Notes under the pieces: generated by a model
What the model was told of the DNA's origin: nothing
The model's database searches: none
The model's input: the letters and a program-made list of their open reading frames with translations, nothing else
Shown: positions 62,442-64,000 of the stretch, piece after piece
Layout of the letters: each line of letters begins with the position of its first letter
How positions within the stretch are numbered: position 1 is the first letter of the stretch
Position numbers and translations under genes: made by a program
From: Eubacteriales bacterium
GTDB taxonomy: Bacteria; Bacillota; Clostridia; Christensenellales; UBA1750
Assembly (NCBI GenBank): GCA_031551255.1
Contig: JAVBNW010000068.1
Coordinates: 1,428 to 65,427, forward strand
DNA: 64,000 nt
Reading direction: 5' to 3'

Positions 62442-62707
62442 GCCTCCTTGTCTTTGGGATATGCTTCGTGTCCACGGCAGTACCTTTCATGTGGGTACGT
62501 AAACATTTCGGTTCTTCTCGGGCAGTATGCTACCGTGACGCCGCTATCTTTGGGCCTAAGCGTGACAAGATCCTGACCAACGACACAAGTCATACAGGTC
62601 CTGTTTTTCGTATCCGCTGGGCACTCCGCCGCATGACGGTCGTATTCGTTATAGGTGACATAGTGGCATTTGTCGCATCTGTATGCCGTAATCTTTTCCA
62701 TCGCCAA
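62438..62707 (-). CDS. hypothetical Cys-rich (zinc-binding-like) protein
   Basis: CDKC...C...CMTC...C; TTG start behind GGAGG. Confidence 0.4.
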   Translation of the reverse strand: MAMEKITAYRCDKCHYVTYNEYDRHAAECPADTKNRTCMTCVVGQDLVTLRPKDSGVTVAYCPRRTEMFTYPHERYCRGHEAYPKDKEA

Positions 62708-62710
62708 AGT

Positions 62711-63073
62711 TCACGCCTCCCCGCTAAATCGCGCCTCATCGAACTTGTAAAGGCTGTATCCGCACCACTCGTAGCAAAGAACGATGTCGTCCACGTGGAC
62801 GCATGACCAGCAGGCGTCATTTAGCTTTGGCCCCCTGCCAAAGTCTTCCGCTTTCTTTGGCTCAAGTAGCGCCCTTTCTAACGCCGCACACCTCTTGGCC
62901 AAACGGTCACGGTCGGCTTCAACTTCATCGATGATTTCCAGGGCGGCCAGAGCCTCCACGTATGCGCCGGTCAATCCTTCGGCATCGAAATTCCGAGAGA
63001 AAATTTGGCTGTTTCGGAAAATGTGCGCTGCTTCTTTTCGGTTCATGATCTCACTCAGCCCTTCTTCATACAC
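62711..63073 (-). CDS. hypothetical phage early protein
   Basis: Coding-like composition. Start uncertain (GTG 63073 or ATG 63046). Confidence 0.4.
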   Translation of the reverse strand: MYEEGLSEIMNRKEAAHIFRNSQIFSRNFDAEGLTGAYVEALAALEIIDEVEADRDRLAKRCAALERALLEPKKAEDFGRGPKLNDACWSCVHVDDIVLCYEWCGYSLYKFDEARFSGEA

Positions 63074-63558
63074 TTCATAGCGGCTTCTGCCGCCTCTTGG
63101 AGCCTGATAAACTCTTCCTCGCTTCCGCCCACGTCCGGGTGTTTTTGCGCAGCCATCGTCCGATAACGCGCTTTCACCTCTTCAATATCCTCAGGCATTT
63201 CCTCGAACCCCAATTCCTTGAAGCACTCCGGTATAACCACGGGTGGCGGCAGGAATTTCATGCCCGCGAGCCATGTCTGGATCTCATATATGCCACGCTC
63301 TGCCATCCTCGCCAAATCTTCAAGCGAAAGGACGATCTGCGCGAACACGTCGGAACCATAGGCTAGGTTGAACCCGCGTGCTCTAGCCTTTTCAACCGAG
63401 TGATCGAACCGGTAGAGTTGTCCTTTAAGCTTGAACTCCACATACGCTTCATGGCGCGAAAAATCGTAATTGTATTCCGTAGCACCGAAACGTTCCATAA
63501 CCCGGCCAAGCTTGCCTTCGTATTGCGAAGGATCAGCGTATTGCTTCTTTGCCGCCAT
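63055..63558 (-). CDS. phage protein with C-terminal J-domain
   Basis: EVKARYRTMAAQKHPDVGGSEEEFIRLQEAAEAAM: an HPD tripeptide in J-domain helix II/III context. Confidence 0.6.
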   Translation of the reverse strand: MAAKKQYADPSQYEGKLGRVMERFGATEYNYDFSRHEAYVEFKLKGQLYRFDHSVEKARARGFNLAYGSDVFAQIVLSLEDLARMAERGIYEIQTWLAGMKFLPPPVVIPECFKELGFEEMPEDIEEVKARYRTMAAQKHPDVGGSEEEFIRLQEAAEAAMKCMKKG

Positions 63559-63739
63559 TTTCTTCTTTGGCCTCCTTCATGATCTTCCCACCGCACCCTG
63601 GACAGTACCGGGTATGCCGGTTCAAAAATCGTCCTACAGGCAGCCAATAGCCGCACTTGGAACATTGCATTGTACCGGTGTCTTCATATGCCCGAAGGCA
63701 TATGAAGCGATACACAATGGGATCTTTATGCTGATACAT
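63533..63739 (-). CDS. 68-aa zinc-ribbon protein
   Basis: ATG 63739 behind GGAGGAG; CSKC...CPGC. Confidence 0.45.
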   Translation of the reverse strand: MYQHKDPIVYRFICLRAYEDTGTMQCSKCGYWLPVGRFLNRHTRYCPGCGGKIMKEAKEENGGKEAIR

Positions 63740-63749
63740 GACGCTCCTC

Positions 63750-64000
63750 CTAATCCTCGTGACGCTCATACCCATAACAGGCATGCGGCCCGTAGTGCGT
63801 GATGTACGGGGCGTACCATGCACCCGTGGATCGTGCGCAGCGGAAATACAAAATGCTGTACTCCGGCATGGCGCGCTCCCCTTCGAGTGCGGCGACGGCT
63901 ACCTCGAGCAGTGCATCCGTGAGCTTGCCCGGCGCTGCGAACTGACCAGGGGCATAAATTACTCTGGTGATGGTGTCGCCCCACAGGCCACTTTCAAGCC
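63750..64000 (-). CDS. SleB-type cell wall hydrolase (Hydrolase_2) domain protein, C-terminal 82 aa; N-terminus off the right edge
   Basis: Own translation: ...GLWGDTITRVIYAPGQFAAPGKLTDALLEVAVAALEGERAMPEYSILYFR...YERHED*. The PGQF...AL.G pattern is typical of Hydrolase_2. Not in the ORF track because no start lies in the window. Confidence 0.55.
   Translation of the reverse strand, partial: LESGLWGDTITRVIYAPGQFAAPGKLTDALLEVAVAALEGERAMPEYSILYFRCARSTGAWYAPYITHYGPHACYGYERHED

Larger units (their letters stand above)
28507..64000 (-). mobile_element. temperate contractile-tail prophage (left end plus more than 35 kb; right end, integrase and intact tRNA outside the window)
   Basis: Contiguous minus-strand modules: lysis, tail fibre, baseplate, tape measure, sheath/tube, connector, capsid, protease, portal, terminase, DNA metabolism. 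Starts immediately after the tRNA 3'-half repeat. Confidence 0.85.

Noticed and set aside
28507-64000. Integrase, repressor / lysogeny switch or transposase within the window
   Set aside because: No ORF shows tyrosine- or serine-recombinase or DDE motifs. By the orientation of the tRNA remnant, the lysogeny module should lie beyond position 64000.

Overview
64-kb window from a GC-rich, endospore-forming Firmicutes (Clostridia-like) chromosome. (i) 1-23.6 kb is host backbone: proS (partial), spoIID with a sigma-E-type promoter, a GNAT, the DUF512-der-plsY cluster, a nitrilase/P-loop/GNAT operon, aldose epimerase, a secreted SH3b protein, an MBL hydrolase, uxaA-uxaC, a YcaQ-like protein, a PNPOx-like protein, an AraC/GyrI regulator, an APH-type kinase and a 1050-aa GLUG-repeat protein. 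Several host intergenic regions are unusually long and packed with perfect hairpins and inverted repeats. (ii) 23.7-28.05 kb is a compositionally patchy, mostly AT-rich island: two SAM-methyltransferase cassettes with shared flanks, a collagen-like protein and an HD-domain protein. (iii) 28462-28506 is an orphan 3' half of a tRNA-Arg(CCU) gene with its terminator, which I read as the left attachment site. (iv) 28.5-64 kb is one temperate contractile-tail prophage, read almost entirely on the minus strand. From the att end it carries an AT-rich two-gene moron, lysis cassette, tail fibres, baseplate, tape measure, sheath/tube, head genes, a portal-MuF fusion, terminase, a ParB-nuclease plus methyltransferase-like pair, a self-contained RHH plus four-gene DUF488 cassette, a late activator, RecU, Dam, DUF5131 and early genes. 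The integrase and right end lie outside the window. I saw no rRNA, intact tRNA, CRISPR array, transposase or integrase. Best candidates for something undescribed: the att-proximal two-gene moron (28642-29839), the terminator-bounded RHH/DUF488 cassette (56.2-58.3 kb), the ParB plus degenerate-Dam fusion pair (53.6-55.8 kb), and the hairpin-dense repeat-flanked non-coding elements (9.7-10.0 kb, 7.05-7.7 kb). All family names come from reading the translations and from memory of those families; no searches were run, and start codons were refined by eye from RBS and overlap context.
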